This document shows, piece after piece, positions 13,098 to 28,000 of a stretch of 64,000 bases of DNA (its first letter is position 1; each line of letters opens with the position of its first letter). This stretch comes from Eutreptiella sp. 'Long Island Sound 2002' (taxonomy: Eukaryota; Protista; Euglenida), in contig OZ038378.1 in assembly GCA_964036045.1 (NCBI GenBank), forward strand, positions 24,428,001 through 24,492,000, given 5' to 3'. The translations under genes were made by a program, and so were the position numbers. The notes below the pieces were generated by a model that worked only from the letters and a program-made list of their open reading frames with translations, made no database searches and was not told the DNA's origin.

Positions 13098-16000
13098 GGT
13101 CAGCTGAGGAAGGCCACTCTGATGGTGTGCACTATCACCGTCTCTTTAGTGGCGCTGCTGGTGTTGCGGCCTCCTCTGTCCAGAACTTCTGCTGTTTACG
13201 CATTGCCGACAGTGAAGATGGCCCCCGGTGCACACCACACGTCCGCAGCTTTCCACAGACCTACCCAGTCTGAGCACCTGTTGATGCGTGCCTCAGGCAG
13301 CGCGGATGAAGACCCTCCGCTGCCGCCACAGCTGCTGCGGCCACTTGTTGGGTTCACGGGGAGTACTGCCGATGCTGCTGCATTGAAGGCCCGCAACGAG
13401 GGTCAAGTATGCAATGCTCAGGGGTTCTGTCCATGTACATATCCATGTGCCCACGGCTGTTTATGCCCTTGCCCGTACTGTTACCTGTACCTGTGGCTCT
13501 AGCTGTGCTTCTGCTCGTCTGGTCGTGTCCCTGCCCCCTGTCATGTCGCAAGACGAGATTACATCCCTCTCCACATGGAACATGTCAAGATCTGCACGCC
13601 ATTCCGACAACCCGCCCATTACCTGATCCGGCTCTGGATGTGCTTCTGCTTGTGCTTGTCACTGAGTCATGAAACAAGCACCGACAGATGCCCAAGCACA
13701 TGCCCAAAATGACCATGCACAGGGACATTCACATGGACATGCACACGCACCTACGTGTGCAGGGCACAGAGTAGAACCTGGACACACCAGCGCCAGAACA
13801 AGATTGTGTGCCAGCACGTCAACAGGCACATGCACATTGAATGCACAAGCGGTGCCTGTGCCTGTGTTCTGCCACGCCCGTGTGTAAGCCTGTGCCTGCG
13901 CTTCTGCGTGTGCCTGTGTTTATACCTTTGGCCTGTGCTTTTGCATATTTCTGTATGAGGCTGGGTCCCTCTGCCTGCGTCTGTCCTGAGGGCTGTGTCT
14001 GTGCGAGAAGGCGGTTTGCGGCTCGCTGTTGTGGTGCATGCTTTTGATTTGTGCGGTGCTGCTCTTACTCATCAGTCTCATGGCACCATGAAGTTGAAGT
14101 TTGCAATGGGAGGAGCAGTGGTCATCGTTTTTGGCGTTTTCTGGACAATTTTTGGGGAGGTGTGCCAATCCTTGATGAGGTCAGGGTCTGGACTTGTCAA
14201 TGTGTGGCACTGGTGAGTGTGTGCACTGGTGCTGCAGCACCCAATTAGTGCTGTTGTGTGTATCGTGCAGCGGTGGCGTTGTGGTATGCGCCTGTTATGA
14301 TTGGCGTCATGTAGTGTCTGATGTATGGCTGTCCCTGCTCCCAAGATGGTATCATTGGGCGTGAGGGCTTCACAGTTCTCGTGCCCGGTGCCTTAAATAC
14401 CCACCTTGCAGGTTTGCCCCGTTGCCATTTTTGGTGGTCATGTTGCAACGGTCCCCCCATGATGGGAAGGGGGATGAGGTTGCACTGCAGACCCCGCCGG
14501 GGGGGGGGGGTATGAGTATTCGCGATCGCACGGAAAGGGCAGACCAAAGATTAGACCAAGGAAACTCTTCGGTTCCGCGCCACCCTGAGGAAATGATGTG
14601 ACACGTTGTCAAGCCTTCTCCGCGCCAAAGTGGAGATAGTTTTCTAAGCACGAGGAACACGACGCGACCTGAGTGCCCTGCAGAGATCATACTCAAACCA
14701 GAACAACCAGAAAAAATGTGGCGCAGATGCCACGGCAAATTTTCACCTGTGAGTAGGTGGTCCAGGAATCTGCGTGGGGGCGTCATACCACATGCAGACT
14801 ATGTGGTATCCAAATAAAAATGAGCCTAGCCAGCACGTGAACCAGCACTTGGAGAAGCGCCGGCGAGGAGCATTAGTGGAACTCGACCCTTGGTGACCGG
14901 CCCCGGGGTGGGGGGGGAACATGGCACGCAGGTTGGGGGGATGACAATGGTCCGGTGGGAATGAGGTTCATGGATGGTGTTGGTAAATGTGCTGGGGAAG
15001 TTAGACTTTCATTGGGGGGGTGGGGTCCAATGAGCCCCCAAACCTGAGGAGGGGGTCTGGAAAAGGGGCTCAATTGATTTTATTTCCATTGGTGCCGAAG
15101 GCACTGGAAGAAAAATTTTATTGAACTGACAAAATTTGTGCTGGCCTACCACAAAAAGGTCCATGATGCATGCATGTCCATCACATGTTTCTCGCATGAT
15201 AGAATGTATGGTTCCAGGGTATGTGCATGCAAGGCTGCCACTTGGCCCTGTTATCCTTACTACTTTTAGGTATCGGGTTAGAACTAGGAATAGACCTAAC
15301 ACTGCCCTAACCCCTCCCCCTCCAACCTCCTAAGCCTCACCCTCCCAGTTCCTGGGACAGTCAAGGGGCATACTTGGTGTCAGCATGTACTCCCTCACAT
15401 ACCTACCTGCTGATATCTCCACCCTGCTCAACAGCCACAATGTCACGTCTTGCAGATCCAGCAGATCATGGTCAGCCCCATTGCCCAAGGCTGACCCGTG
15501 GCCATTGTCCACTGGTGATAGGCAGGTGCTGGGAGGCAGTTAGTACCAAAGCAGAAACAAGAGCCACATTGAAGCAGCATGGAAGCATTTCTTGAGCCAA
15601 GGGAACTGCATACTGCAAGATGCCATGTCCCACCAGGGCACCTCAACACTGTACACAACTTCCACATAGTAAAAGGAACTCTTCCCGGACACATCCTCAG
15701 TAAGTTGAGGGTTTGCTGTGTGCATTTTCTTGATTGAGGACTATTCATTGTTGCCTTTTTCCTCAAAATTTTGTCCACGCATTTCTTATTGCTGCAGAGG
15801 GTATTTGGAGGTGCTTGTTGGGTGGTATCTGTGGCTTAACCCAAACCAACAGTCATGCACGGCTCTGTCAATCAAGGCTATGCTGCTTCCATCCTTGTGC
15901 CCTGTGCGTACGCATCTGAACCCTAACATTCATAACCTCCACTGTATCCATCCATAATGTAATGGAGCCAGGGCTCCGCACAGAGATACTAAGGCAGGGA

Positions 16001-19000
16001 GGGTGCTGCTGGCCCACCTGTGTGCCCCATCACAGAGGTTTCCGCTACAACCACACCTGAGGTGTATGTTGTAAGTCATGCAATTTGTTTTGCTGTAAAT
16101 ATGCATACAAAACAATTTGTGCAGTGCAATCATTTTTTTTTGCTGTAAATGGGAGTACAAAAATATTGCATTTGCGAGTACTGCAAACCGGGTATTCGTG
16201 TTTACGGCAAAAAGAAAAAACAAATTATAGGGTACAATTTTTTTGGTACTCGCATTTACACAAAAAAAATTACGCAACGTATAATTTTATTGGTACTCAC
16301 ATTTACCGGAAAAAACAATGATATGACATACTAGTCTTTTGGCACTCGTGTTTACGGTGAAAAAACACACGAAATACGTTTTCTTTAGTACTGGCGTTCA
16401 AAGCGGAAAAAGATTACACGGAATATGATTTTTTTGTCTTTGTGTTTGCAGCGAAAAAGACATTACTTGTACTTACAATGAAAAATTTACTTGCAATGAG
16501 CAACTTCTGATTTCGTCCTTGATTTTGAAGAGCGGACTGAGCTTCATACCCCTCCTACCTCCCCCCCGAGCACCCAACTTCAAGGTGCGCTTTCTGAGAC
16601 CTAGGACACTCATCAACATGTCCTCATCCATGGAAAGTGGGTCTATTTGCTGGATGGCTACCAAAAAAATCCATCGAACCAGCTGGAGCGTGATTAGCAG
16701 TTTATCAACGAGCTAATCTTGCACCTAAAAGCTCACTGTTATGAGGGTTGTGAGCAGAACACCAATCTTGGTGCAAAGCCCAAGTCTTCTACAACGTGCA
16801 TTCTACAATTACTTGTAGCGGGTGTGCGTTTTGTGGGCTTTTTGCGTCCCTATATTTCCTCCACCTATTTGGTGTACCAAAGGTGGTGCCCATAAACGTG
16901 CGACTATTTTGGCCGAGTCCCAATAAATTGGTGGCCACACAGAGTATTTCCATTGCGCCACTGCCTACAACACTGTATAAGCTACCACATTCTGGTGGAG
17001 TGCATAAGCTACCTACTTCTCTTTGGTCCTCGGGGGTTACTCCACCACAAGTGGCCCTGTCTTCCCTCGACATATACCTCCATTAAGCCTCCATATATAT
17101 TGGCCGAGTCCCAATTAATTGGTGGCCTGACAGAGTATTTTGTACTTTGTGGTCTTGGCGTCCCATTGTTAAGGTTGCTATGGGCTGCCGTACGGAACTG
17201 GCAAGCGTACATATTGTAATAGAGGCATCATTCTTTGCCTTTCCTTGCATTTACAGCAAAAAAAATTACATGACCTTGTAGCAAAAAAAAGTCACGCACC
17301 GACGGTTTTTTTGGGGTGTTCCGATTTGTTTTTAAAATTTACATGACCTTGCAGCAAATGAAAGATTACACCCACTGAGGATTTTTTTTGCACCCCAGTT
17401 ACATTTTACACACACATGAGCCCAAAAAACCATAAACTAACTCTAGTGCACCAGATGCAGAAGGCTGTTGCAGAAGCAAAAGAACAGGGAATGTAATTTA
17501 GATTTATTTGTTTGATTCAATTTGAAGGTGCCAACCTGTGGCTCAATCTAGAGCCCTCAGCAACTGGGTGTTGTAGAAGTGGGAGACTTAGTGAGTGAAG
17601 AGGAGGATTGGGAGTTTTACCACAAACCCGGCCCTCAGCCCCAATCATCTCCTTGTGACAGAGGAAGAGTCGATTGGACATGCCCAAAGAATTGTCAATC
17701 GCAGAAGGCAAACTCAAAAAGCTCTTGGAAAAGCGCACGGCAATCACTATTGACCCTGCCCCATCCTTGGGCCCAAGCACCAAGCCTTTGACTTTAGTAA
17801 GTGGGGGGTCTTGTATGAGGCAACCGGGAAAAGGTGGGGAGTGTGAACCGCAGCCCTGGCGTGGACACTGTTACTGCGATGAGGACTGCGGCGAGGACAG
17901 CTTTCTGCTGGACGACACCATCATTGGGGTTGCAGATGGTGTGGGGGGCTGGCGTGAGGAAGGTATTTGCACTGCGGCTTGGGGCAAGGCTCATTCATTG
18001 CGTGTTGATTTTTTTCAGTGTGGACAGGGAAGGACCCAATGCATCCATGGTTGCGCAATTGTGGTGTAAGCAAGCACGTCAAGAGGCAGCCAGCTTCAGC
18101 CCCCATGGTGAATTTTTGGTGCACCCCAAGTGCGCATCCAGCAGGCTCCTTGGTGTCGTTTCTCACGAAGCCCACGGCATATTTGATGCTACACACAGGG
18201 CAAAACTCATAATCTTAAACTGAGACACAACAGCATAATCCACAGGCAGTGTACTCCCATACATAGCAGCAGCGCTCCATTTGACGCACCTCAAAGACAT
18301 CATGCTCCCGCGGCCGAGAGACAGCGCACTTCAATACACATCTGCGCGATGACTAACCCACTCCTTCAATTAGGGAAAATGCTCTGGTCAAAGCAGGCAT
18401 CCGGGGGCTGGATCAAGCACGGGACCATGAGGTGCAAGATCTTTGCACTAAAGCTGCAAGACAGAGTGTAAACTGACCAATTCTATCAGAAATTGAAACT
18501 GGAAAGGAGGACAGACATATGCCTAATTGGGTACGATGCCCTTCAGTTGGCCTGCCACTGTGCATTGGAGTTGAAGTGTGATGTGTCTCCATTGTGCTGT
18601 ATTGTGATGTCTCCCACTGTATGTTGTCTCTTTATTGTGCTGTGTGTATTAAAGTGTGATGTCTGGGCGATTCAGGGGTTTTCATGGTTACGTGGCACAT
18701 CCCATTACATTGAGTCACATTAAATCACATTTCGCCAAGTGCTGAGTTTTTGTTCCCGGTTCAAGTTAGATCACGTGAAATCATGTGAACTCACGTTTCA
18801 TTTGATCAATTCTTTGCCCGATTTTTGTGGTAGGCATCTTTTTCTCTGCTCTCACTTTATTACGCAGATAACATGGATCCTGAACACACTGGGACTGGGT
18901 CTGCGGAACTCAAGATCTGAAATCGGGATAGACCTTTCAATGCGCTTTCCGTGCTGTGAAACGTGTACATCAGTTTCCCGACGAATTTTTTGCCAATTTA

Positions 19001-22000
19001 GATTTGACAATGGTGTGCAGGTGAGTCACGCCAAGAACACAGGGCATCTTTCTGCCTCCCGGGTGCATGGCTCTTCCCCGATGGGATGTGCAAATACAAT
19101 GTTTGGGAAACATCAGAGCAGTGCACTGGGCCCCGACAGACACCCTGCGTGTAGCAGATGGAGCATCCCGACGTGGTAGTATGGTCGGCAGCGTTCTGGT
19201 ACCTGCCTATGCGATGCACTTGCATTGTCGTTGAACAGGCGTGGACCCTGCCATCTTTGCGAATAAGTTGATGGAAAATGTCAAGTTGTTGGCAGCACAA
19301 CCATATACAGCTGTTGATTTCAGTGACCACCCAGCTATGCTCATGCATCAGGTGCAGCTTATGCCATTTGCTTTATTGCTTGGTGGTTGAGCAAGCTACT
19401 CAACCGGCTTGTTTGCTCATGTCTGAAACTGGCATTTCGCCCTCTAACTCCGGGGTCTGTTTGCATAATGCCGAAACCTGGGGCCAACCCCCCCCCCCCA
19501 CAACTCTGCGCGCCTCGGGGAGAATCAAGCCCAAACCAAGGTTCAGCCATGTCTCTCACTGTATGGCTGGAACTGCCATTCTGAGGGTACATATTTCACT
19601 ACTTTTTGTGGTTTCCAACACTTGCATTGGCGCAATGGACGCCTGGAACCCCGTACAGGTGCGTGCTTGGCGCTGGTAGGCGCATGTAAGCCGTAGATGT
19701 CTGGGGCTGTCTGACACAGAAGGCGCACTAATTATTGGACCCAAAGATTACTGCACTGATGTTCAACCGCCTTTGAATGCATTTGATGTTTGCCAGTATT
19801 CCGCAGCACAGTAGAGCCATGATGGCCCAACACAGCAAGGTACCCAAGGATAGATGGTTCGCCTACCCCATGGGGGGGGGGGAGGGTTGGCGTTTCGGAA
19901 ATCTTCGGTGGGTGGTCTAGCATCCTGCCCCCCCAACATCCGGCAGGGATAGTATATGTCTTGCTGTTTGGGTCCATCGACGAATAGATGCGGTGCAGAT
20001 GCACAGAGCCAGACCCTCATCAAGTTCATCATCCCCACCAACGACACATGCACGGGCTGTTACACAGACTGCTGCACTAATTTAGGCCGGTGCACGAGCT
20101 GCTGTGGAGGACTCCTGACGGTCTGTTGCCCACATTTAAGAACAGCATCCGCAAAGTGGGTGAGTGGGTGGGTGGCCACCCCTGTCCCCCCGCCCCCTTG
20201 GGGGTTCTTGGGTTGGTGTGTTTCCCCCAAAACATTTGTGGATGGGTCCAGCAAATCACCCTCAGCCCCCCGTCACCTTTGTGGATAAGCACATCCCTGA
20301 GGGCGCCTCTGAAATAGATCATGCAAGGCACCACAGACAAACACAGGACTCCATTTCGCCGCAGCTGCTGCATAACACGTATTTGGATGGGGAAAACCAT
20401 TTCATGCACAGTAATGGGTTGGAAGTCCAAACTCCAAACGTTTGCCCAATGTGGGACCTGCACCATTCGCACACAAGGCTGGAGTATGGCTGATAAGAGT
20501 ATGGCATCTCAGAAGTGTGCTTCCTTGTGCTGCACCTTGCATTTCCGCCCCTTGCGGCTTCTTCCTGATAGGCTTTCATTTGTTTGCAGGCGTTTGCCAA
20601 GATTTGTTTAGAGAAAGAAGTAGAGGGTGGCAGTGCCACATGCTGCTTGGCCAGCCTGACCCCCGATGGAATGCTCAAAGTGGCCAACTTGGGGGACAGC
20701 AAACTGTTGGTCATTCGCGAAGGAGAGTGTGTTTACAGTTCGAAAGTCGGGCTGCACGGCTTCAACACGCCGTATCAGCTGGAGGTCCCGTACCGCTGGG
20801 TTAACAATGTGGTATGCTTTCCCCCTGCTGCCATGCGTCAACTTGGTGCTGTGTGGCCATTTGCTTGTGATACATAAGTCCGCCAGCATGATTACAGCAG
20901 CACTCTTGCTGCTGCCACAACTGCAACCTTTTGGCATTCAATCCATACGTAGAGCTTGCGCCGACCCGAACGTTGTGTGATAACACGGCCTGCGCTGCGT
21001 CAAGCTGTGTGCGTCTGGGGGCACCACCAGGCCCGGCCCTGGAACGCAACCCCCTTCCCCCCTGGGCTTTCAAAAGTTAGTGTTGCCACTTAGTCTATTC
21101 TTGGACTGGGCCCGCCGAAAATTTCATTCCCAGCTTCATCCACAGTAAATTTGGCACACCGAAAACAGGCTGCTTCCAAGGTGCGGACCAAGGGAAACCA
21201 GAATCAGTCCAAATTTTTGTCAGGACGCAAAAGGCATCCCTTGGAGCAGACACCACCACTTCGGGTGGGGTGGGGTGGGGGAAGGGGGGCAGGCTGCGTC
21301 AGTGAGCACAGTGCTGTTAACCGTGCACCAGTCCTTTGAGTGCTTTGCAAACAAACAGGGGATGGTTCCGGGTAAGCCAGACTACGGGTGGTTGCCCCAT
21401 AATTGCCCCATCTGGGCTGCCGCAGGTGAAGTTACGGTGGTAACTGGCCATTTTTGCCTCTTTCTGATACGTATTGGTGCTTATTGAGCATGAAGGTGTC
21501 CCACTTCGGGACAGCAATCTTTTGCCCTGCTGAAACCACTCTGTCTTGTCTGCCACCCACATCCTCTCTGACAACCCTTTCACCACAGCTGTCACGGTTG
21601 CTGGCTACGACACTGCCTCCGTGTCCACTGAGCCATCAATGGCTTGCTCGAGCACGGGGCCTTGAGCTGGGTCTTAGACGGGAACGGCCCCAGGGCCGCC
21701 ACCACGGGTTGCCACAGGCTCAACGTGGGCCATTCATCCATGGCCACCTGTAGCAGACAACGGGGGAATGAGTGTAACACCCAATGAATGAAGAAAGATG
21801 ACAAAACGATGCAATGGCAATGTTTGTACTGTCACTGGAACTGGTTCCAGGGGAGGTTCCAGCAGGGGTTCCGGCACCCAAATTCTGTTGTTCGTTAGGG
21901 CAACAACGGCCACATAAGCTATGGTAAGGGAGGCAATTGTTTGGCTGAAACTGCACACCTCGTTATGCGAGGCGCAAATCAGACTCGGCGCGATCCTTGG

Positions 22001-25000
22001 TGGCGCTAACCCCGCCACCCTTGTGCGCCTTGTTAGCGCCAAACCTCCCTCCCTTGTGCGCCTCCTTGCACCTCGCCAAACCCGGCCGCCTCGTGCACAT
22101 TGGCAGCGCCAAACCCAGCCCCCTTGTGCGCCTCAGCAGTGCCAAACCCTGCCCCCTCGTGCGCCTGAGTAGCGCCAACCCCTTGCCCCCCACCTACCCC
22201 TCATTGGCGCCAAATACCTCTGTGCGCCAAACCCCCCAAATTGCGCTAACCCCCCGCCCCTGCCCCTGTGTGCCTTCCTCGCTCGCTTTGCTCATTCGAG
22301 GCCGACCTTGATGCGGCTTCCTCGCTCGCTCCAGACCTGCCCCCACGCACTTTCCTTGCTCACCTCACTTGCTCGAGGCCCATGCCCATGTGCATGGGCA
22401 AATGGCATTCGTAGTCTGGTGTTGGTGAATGGGGCCTTTCGCTCTCTTTCCCAATATTGTCACTTCGTGCTTGCAACATGCCGATAGTGTATACAATGAG
22501 CGGGCCACGTCTACTTGGGGTAGACTGCGTCTACAGATTGCACACTACCATGCCCATGTACCAAACCCCCTACGGCATCCCTCCGCGTGCCTTGATAGCA
22601 ACAAACCCGCCCGACCCCCCCCACTGCGCCCCGGTACAACCAAACTGGCCCCCCTCCTGCGCCTCGGTAGCACCAAACCTCCACCCCGTGTCTCTCTTGG
22701 AACGAGGCGCGTGGTCTCGGCTAAAGTATGTAGGGGATGGGGGGCACTTGCTAACATTGGCACCAATATGCCCCCACCTTGTTGGGGTTGGCCACCAACA
22801 GCCCGCACGCGATGAGGACCGAGGGGTTGACAAGGCAAGGCACCCGGCCGGCCCAAAGCTCGCGGAGCATCTCTGCTTTCTCGTCCTCTGTGGTGACAAC
22901 CATCCCACGGAACCGCCCATGGCGGACCGCCAATAGTAAGCTAGGGGGGCTCCGCAACACAGCATGGGACGCGGCAATGACAGTGGGGAGCCCTCGCTTG
23001 CTCTCATGGACGAAGGGGCCAAGGGGGCACGCTTTGGGGGTAGGGCTACTTGTTGGGTTGATGGGTTCACTAGCAGCAGTGAATTCCAGTTTGGAAACGT
23101 GTTGGGCACAAGTGGTGGTGGTGGTGAGGGGAAGGAAGATGGTCGCTGCAAACTCATAGAGTCTCGTTGTCTCCTCCTCCTCCTCATGTGCGGCCGCTGC
23201 AGCCTCTTTAGCTCTCTTTCCCAAGGTCCACGGCACCGGCCTCATCGCAAGCGCTGCACTACATCCCCTTGTGATGGTTGCGTAGGGGGACCGTGCCGCA
23301 TCTGAAGCAAACCTCACCGCGGGGTGCACGGTGACACCTAGCAGTGCAGCACCCAAGGGGTGCCGAGGCCTAGGAACCCTTGTTAGATGCCCAAGGGGGG
23401 GGGGGGTGGCCTTGTAGTCGCTGCCGAGAGCCACGAAGGCGATGATGTGGGTGTCGCCCAGGAGGATGGTGACGGGAACGAGGGGGGTGGCCTGTTCGAG
23501 TTTCAGACCCCAAGCCCTCCCCCGCCCTTCCCGTCCAAACCCCCCAAGTTTTGGAAACCGTCTTTCTCCAATTTGAGATCTTGGGGGGAAATGCTGCTGC
23601 CAAAGGCGCTGAAAATTTTTTTTTGCCCTGCTGCGGGGGTTTTTTTTTTTACCCTTTGTGTCCTAACTCAAAATACTTAGAATTTTGTGGAGAAATCAAA
23701 AATAGGTGAAAAGCACAAAAAACGTTTGACCCCAAGCCCGACCTCTGGGTTGGACCTTGGCTGACAGGAGCCTAAGCTAATGAGCAATTTTTTTCTGAAA
23801 GTTTTTTGTTAACCCAGTTTTGTATGTTCAAAATGATCCGTGCCTCATGGGGATCATGTTGAGGTTTGTATGTTGGGGACCCTGGCGGCTGACGGGCCAA
23901 CCCACCTACCCCCCCCTTCCCCCCCGCCCCCCCCAGACCCCCTAGAGTTTTCGCACCGGGTTGGGGTATAGAATTTGAACATGCCGCCCCCCTTGGGTGG
24001 GATCCCCACCTCCTTGATGGGTGCAGCTAGTGTTCACCACATGCAGTTCACAATGTGCCTTATTCGGGCTAGCTATGTGCCTGTCGAGGTCAAGGAGCGG
24101 CAGTTGTGGCATTGGGATATTGCGCTATTCCGGGTGTTCATGCTATGACGGTATTTAGTCCCGTCAACATGGATATCCCGCGTTTCTAGTCGATGGGAAC
24201 GCGGGCCACGGATTTGTAGTGTCCCACGAGGGCATGTTTGTAGTGGTGTGGTTTCTTATCAAGCAGCTGTGTTAGGCTTAAACAAGTTGGCCAGTGTGTT
24301 GGATATTCCCTCTCTCTATGGTGACCGATTGCAGCGATTCCTACTGGGTTTGTGTTTTGACAATGATGGGCCTTCCCGGAACGGGTCCCTAAAACACTAT
24401 TTTTCAGGGGGATTGGGACTGTTGACAATTATTGACAAGGGGTCCAGCCAATTATGGGTTCTTTGAAGGGCATGGGCCTGGATGGAGCTTACAGTGACCT
24501 GATGTCCTAGGCTCATTAGAACAAAGAGGTTCAGCTCACGGATCTTTCATCCTGCTAAAAGGCGGAAGTTTCGAAAAATGGATTGCAAGGCAAAGGGCAA
24601 GCTCGCCTTGCCATGTTGTATTTGATTGGTAAGGCAAAGTCCAATGTACGAGTTCAAATTTTGTGGAGGCCAATTGCTAAATGTCACACCTTCATTTAAA
24701 GATTGGTTCTTGAAGTTGCCACAAGGGCTTTTGTTCGATTTATTTTGTCAATGATACCTGGGGCGTTTTTACCGCTCAACTAACAAAACAATGGGATGGT
24801 GGATACAAAGGTTGGGTGATCGGGGCGAGGGGAACAATATGTAGAAAATGTGTGTATGTATGCGGCACTATTCCGCTTGTATTGTGGGATAATTACCCAA
24901 ACCACGCACCACAGGGTGCAACGCAGGCGCCACAGACGTCGGGGGGGAAGTGTTCCCATTGGTATAGCACCGTGATGGCTCTACAAATCTCCACAAAAAT

Positions 25001-28000
25001 CATCCTTGGTCAGGTTACATGGTACATGGCTTCTTCTAGATTCGGGTGACAAAATGACAAACAAACCCTTGGCTCCTTGCCCAAGCCGATCAAACTTCCA
25101 ACATTTTTTATGGGCATTCCACGCGAGACTCAGAGACCTTTGTTGCTTCTGTGTCTTTAACCGTGCAACTCATCCCTCCACATGTGAGACGACATCAAGG
25201 GGGGGGGATTACGTTAAATTGCTCCTGACGCAAGTGGTTTTGAAAATGGGGCATGCCGGACGGCAACAACATCTGTTTGTATGTTTTGTCAACTAGTCAT
25301 AAAAAGTAGAAGGGAAATTGACATCGGGTCCACCAAGCAGCCTTTTTCGGGCACCATGTGGCAGCCTTAATGGCCCAAGAGTTGGGCCAGACATCGGAGG
25401 CCTTTGGAGGAGAAAATTCACCCGAATATTTCCGGGCTCCTAGGGACCATAGCAAATTTCCATACATGGCACCCAAACATACCCGACAAGGAAAACCATA
25501 TGGTACGACTAATCTGGACATTGAACCCCACCCCCCTCAACCACCAAATTTGGTGGCACGCAAAGCAGAATTCTGTACGTCTTTCTTCCTACTTTTGGTA
25601 GGTCACCGCCCCAGCCCCGCCCCCCTTTGAAAAGGAATCCGTGGAGTCACGGCGGCACGACTAACCCTTGGGATGCCAGTGGGGATGAGTGACGCACAGA
25701 TTCTGGTGGTCTGTCAGGGGCATGGTCGACAGTCGCTCTTCCACAAAACGAACTGATATTTTTTTGTTCGGTGCTTTGCCATTTTCCCTTTTGCCGTCGT
25801 TGCTCGTTGTGAATGCTTGCTAGGAATGAGGTTCGGGACAGAATCCACTTCTGTCTCTAGCACACCATGCCTCAGGCGCGGCCTGATGGCGGCACCGCAT
25901 ATGTGGGAGGGTTTGGTGCCTGCAGGATGCTTCATTTTAGTGCTGAGCCTTGGCTTGGTATGCGATCAGGCTGTCCGCCAGGACGGTGATGTCAGAAAGG
26001 GTGCCTGATCAGAAAGTGGGCTGAGAAGTGCTTTTGAGAAGGGGTTCCTGATTAGAAAGGGGTTCCTGAAACGGGCTTCTCGGCAGGGTTCTTGATCAGG
26101 AAGGGGTTCTCAGTTTGGGTTCCTGATCACATCCTAGAACCCCCTGCGTTTCCCGTCACGCCGGTATGCCCCTATAGGTCACTATTGATGTCCGGCCGAC
26201 ACTGGTGGTGGATGAGCGAGCACTCATGGGCGATAGGCCTGCAACAGAGGATGCACCAGAATGGCAGCAAGTGCCCCAGATGCACCGCACAGGGGTTGGA
26301 CCGGGCCCCCATGTGTGTTTGGCGATACGGCCAAAGGCAACTATGAGGATCAAGGCTATGTCACAATGCATCATGGCACACGTGAACACGAACAAGCAGT
26401 GCGTATTGTGTATCAAATGGCGGATGGAGGGCAAGACACACCTCATGAAGCTCAACTTGGCGCCGCCCGTGATATACGAGAGCACCGATGACCCGGGGAC
26501 AGGTACTGGGCTCTTCACAACGTTTGTGTATGGCAAGTGTGGCAAGTATGAACACATTTGCTGGGAGGATGCGCGGCAGGTCCGCAAGGGTGCAAACATG
26601 ATCGGCTGCCTGTCTTCTGTGCGTTGTGCAGAGGTGTCCGCCCCGGCATTGCGACATGCACATCACAAGGAGTTTGAGTATTAGCAGAATCAAGAACTGG
26701 GGTCTTTGGGCGGCTGCATGTATGTGAAGGTGGTGGATGAAAGGGACGATGAACCGCCTTGTGCAATCCTGGCACCACGCAAACGTTTGAAGCTGGAGCA
26801 TGATCTCAAAGTGGGGCGGCGGTTGCAGACGTTAGCAGATATGCCGTTGATGTATTACGGCGTGCTCGCGCAATGCAACTATCTATGGGACAGACATTGC
26901 GGTTGCCTCATAGGTGCACTCGTGATGAGTTGTATGAGGCAAGGCGTGCAATAACGCCGCACGATGCCGTGGCCATGAGTGTGCGGGAACACCGGGGCAA
27001 GAAACCTGTCTCTGGCGGATCTTATTTGTGAGCAAGTGTGCCTTGCACAAGAACAAGGGGTGTGCACCCCCCCCAAGAGGCACGCACAAGATCCCTGTGT
27101 TGGTATGCTTGGACGCCACGCCGTTGTGGCAGGCCGCTGCGACCCGCTGTCATGTATGTTTTGGGGTTTGGCCTGGTGGTCCGGCCAGTGCAGGGAACCG
27201 AGACAATTGGGTAACATGGTGGGTCATGGATGGAAGTGACGACCGTGGTCGTCTATGTGCAATGGACGCCGAGGCAGGGCTCAACCCCCAAATTGACCAT
27301 TTGTAGTCAAGCTGCAATTTGCCCTTGGAGGACGGCACGGTTTTGGGGTATCGGGTGGGCATGACGGGCGACGGCAAGGGCGTGTAGATTGCCAACTACT
27401 CTCCGGATGGAAAGTGTTGGTCGTGTGACCACCATGAGAGCCTCGAACCGGTAGAGGGGGTTACTGAACAATTGAGGTGGGGGGCCTTCCTCCTAGCCTT
27501 CCCGCCCTCGCGGCGTGTTGGGGGCTATGCCCATGTAACCGCCCGTCTTTGCAATGCAACCCAAAAGAGGTTGCAACATAATGTCTCCTCTTTGGTGCAA
27601 GAAGGAGACGGTCGGGGAGTGATTGGCCGCCTAAAGGATGTGTGGGGTGACTTGATGCAAGCCTCACAAAACATCCCTCAAGCGGACCGTGTGGCCTTGT
27701 GTCCAACAAAGAAGGATGCCTTTGACCTAACCTCCGCGCATGTCTGTAGATGACACTCAAAATACCAACAAAGAGTAGTTGACCTGATCAAGGAATATTA
27801 CCCCAACCCTAAGGCCCCCATTGGGGCAATAAAGATGTACACCGTAGTGCACACCATGTTGCTTGCCTTGACCCACCTTCACACATTGTCGAGGAAAAAG
27901 GACTACCCTTCGGATGTTGAGGTTGTGGAAGCCGACAGATGGACCAAAAAATTGGGACAATGTTGGAAGTTGATGGGGTGGAAGGCAACACTATGGGTGC

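Noticed and set aside
16080-16460. CRISPR-like repeat-spacer appearance
   Set aside because: The repeats are degenerate and the spacers are not unique; eukaryotic intron context with no cas genes.
22751-23434. Minus-strand ORF with VTTEDEKAEMLRELW, similar to the LINE pre-RT EKAE motif
   Set aside because: A single short motif with no endonuclease or RT motifs nearby.
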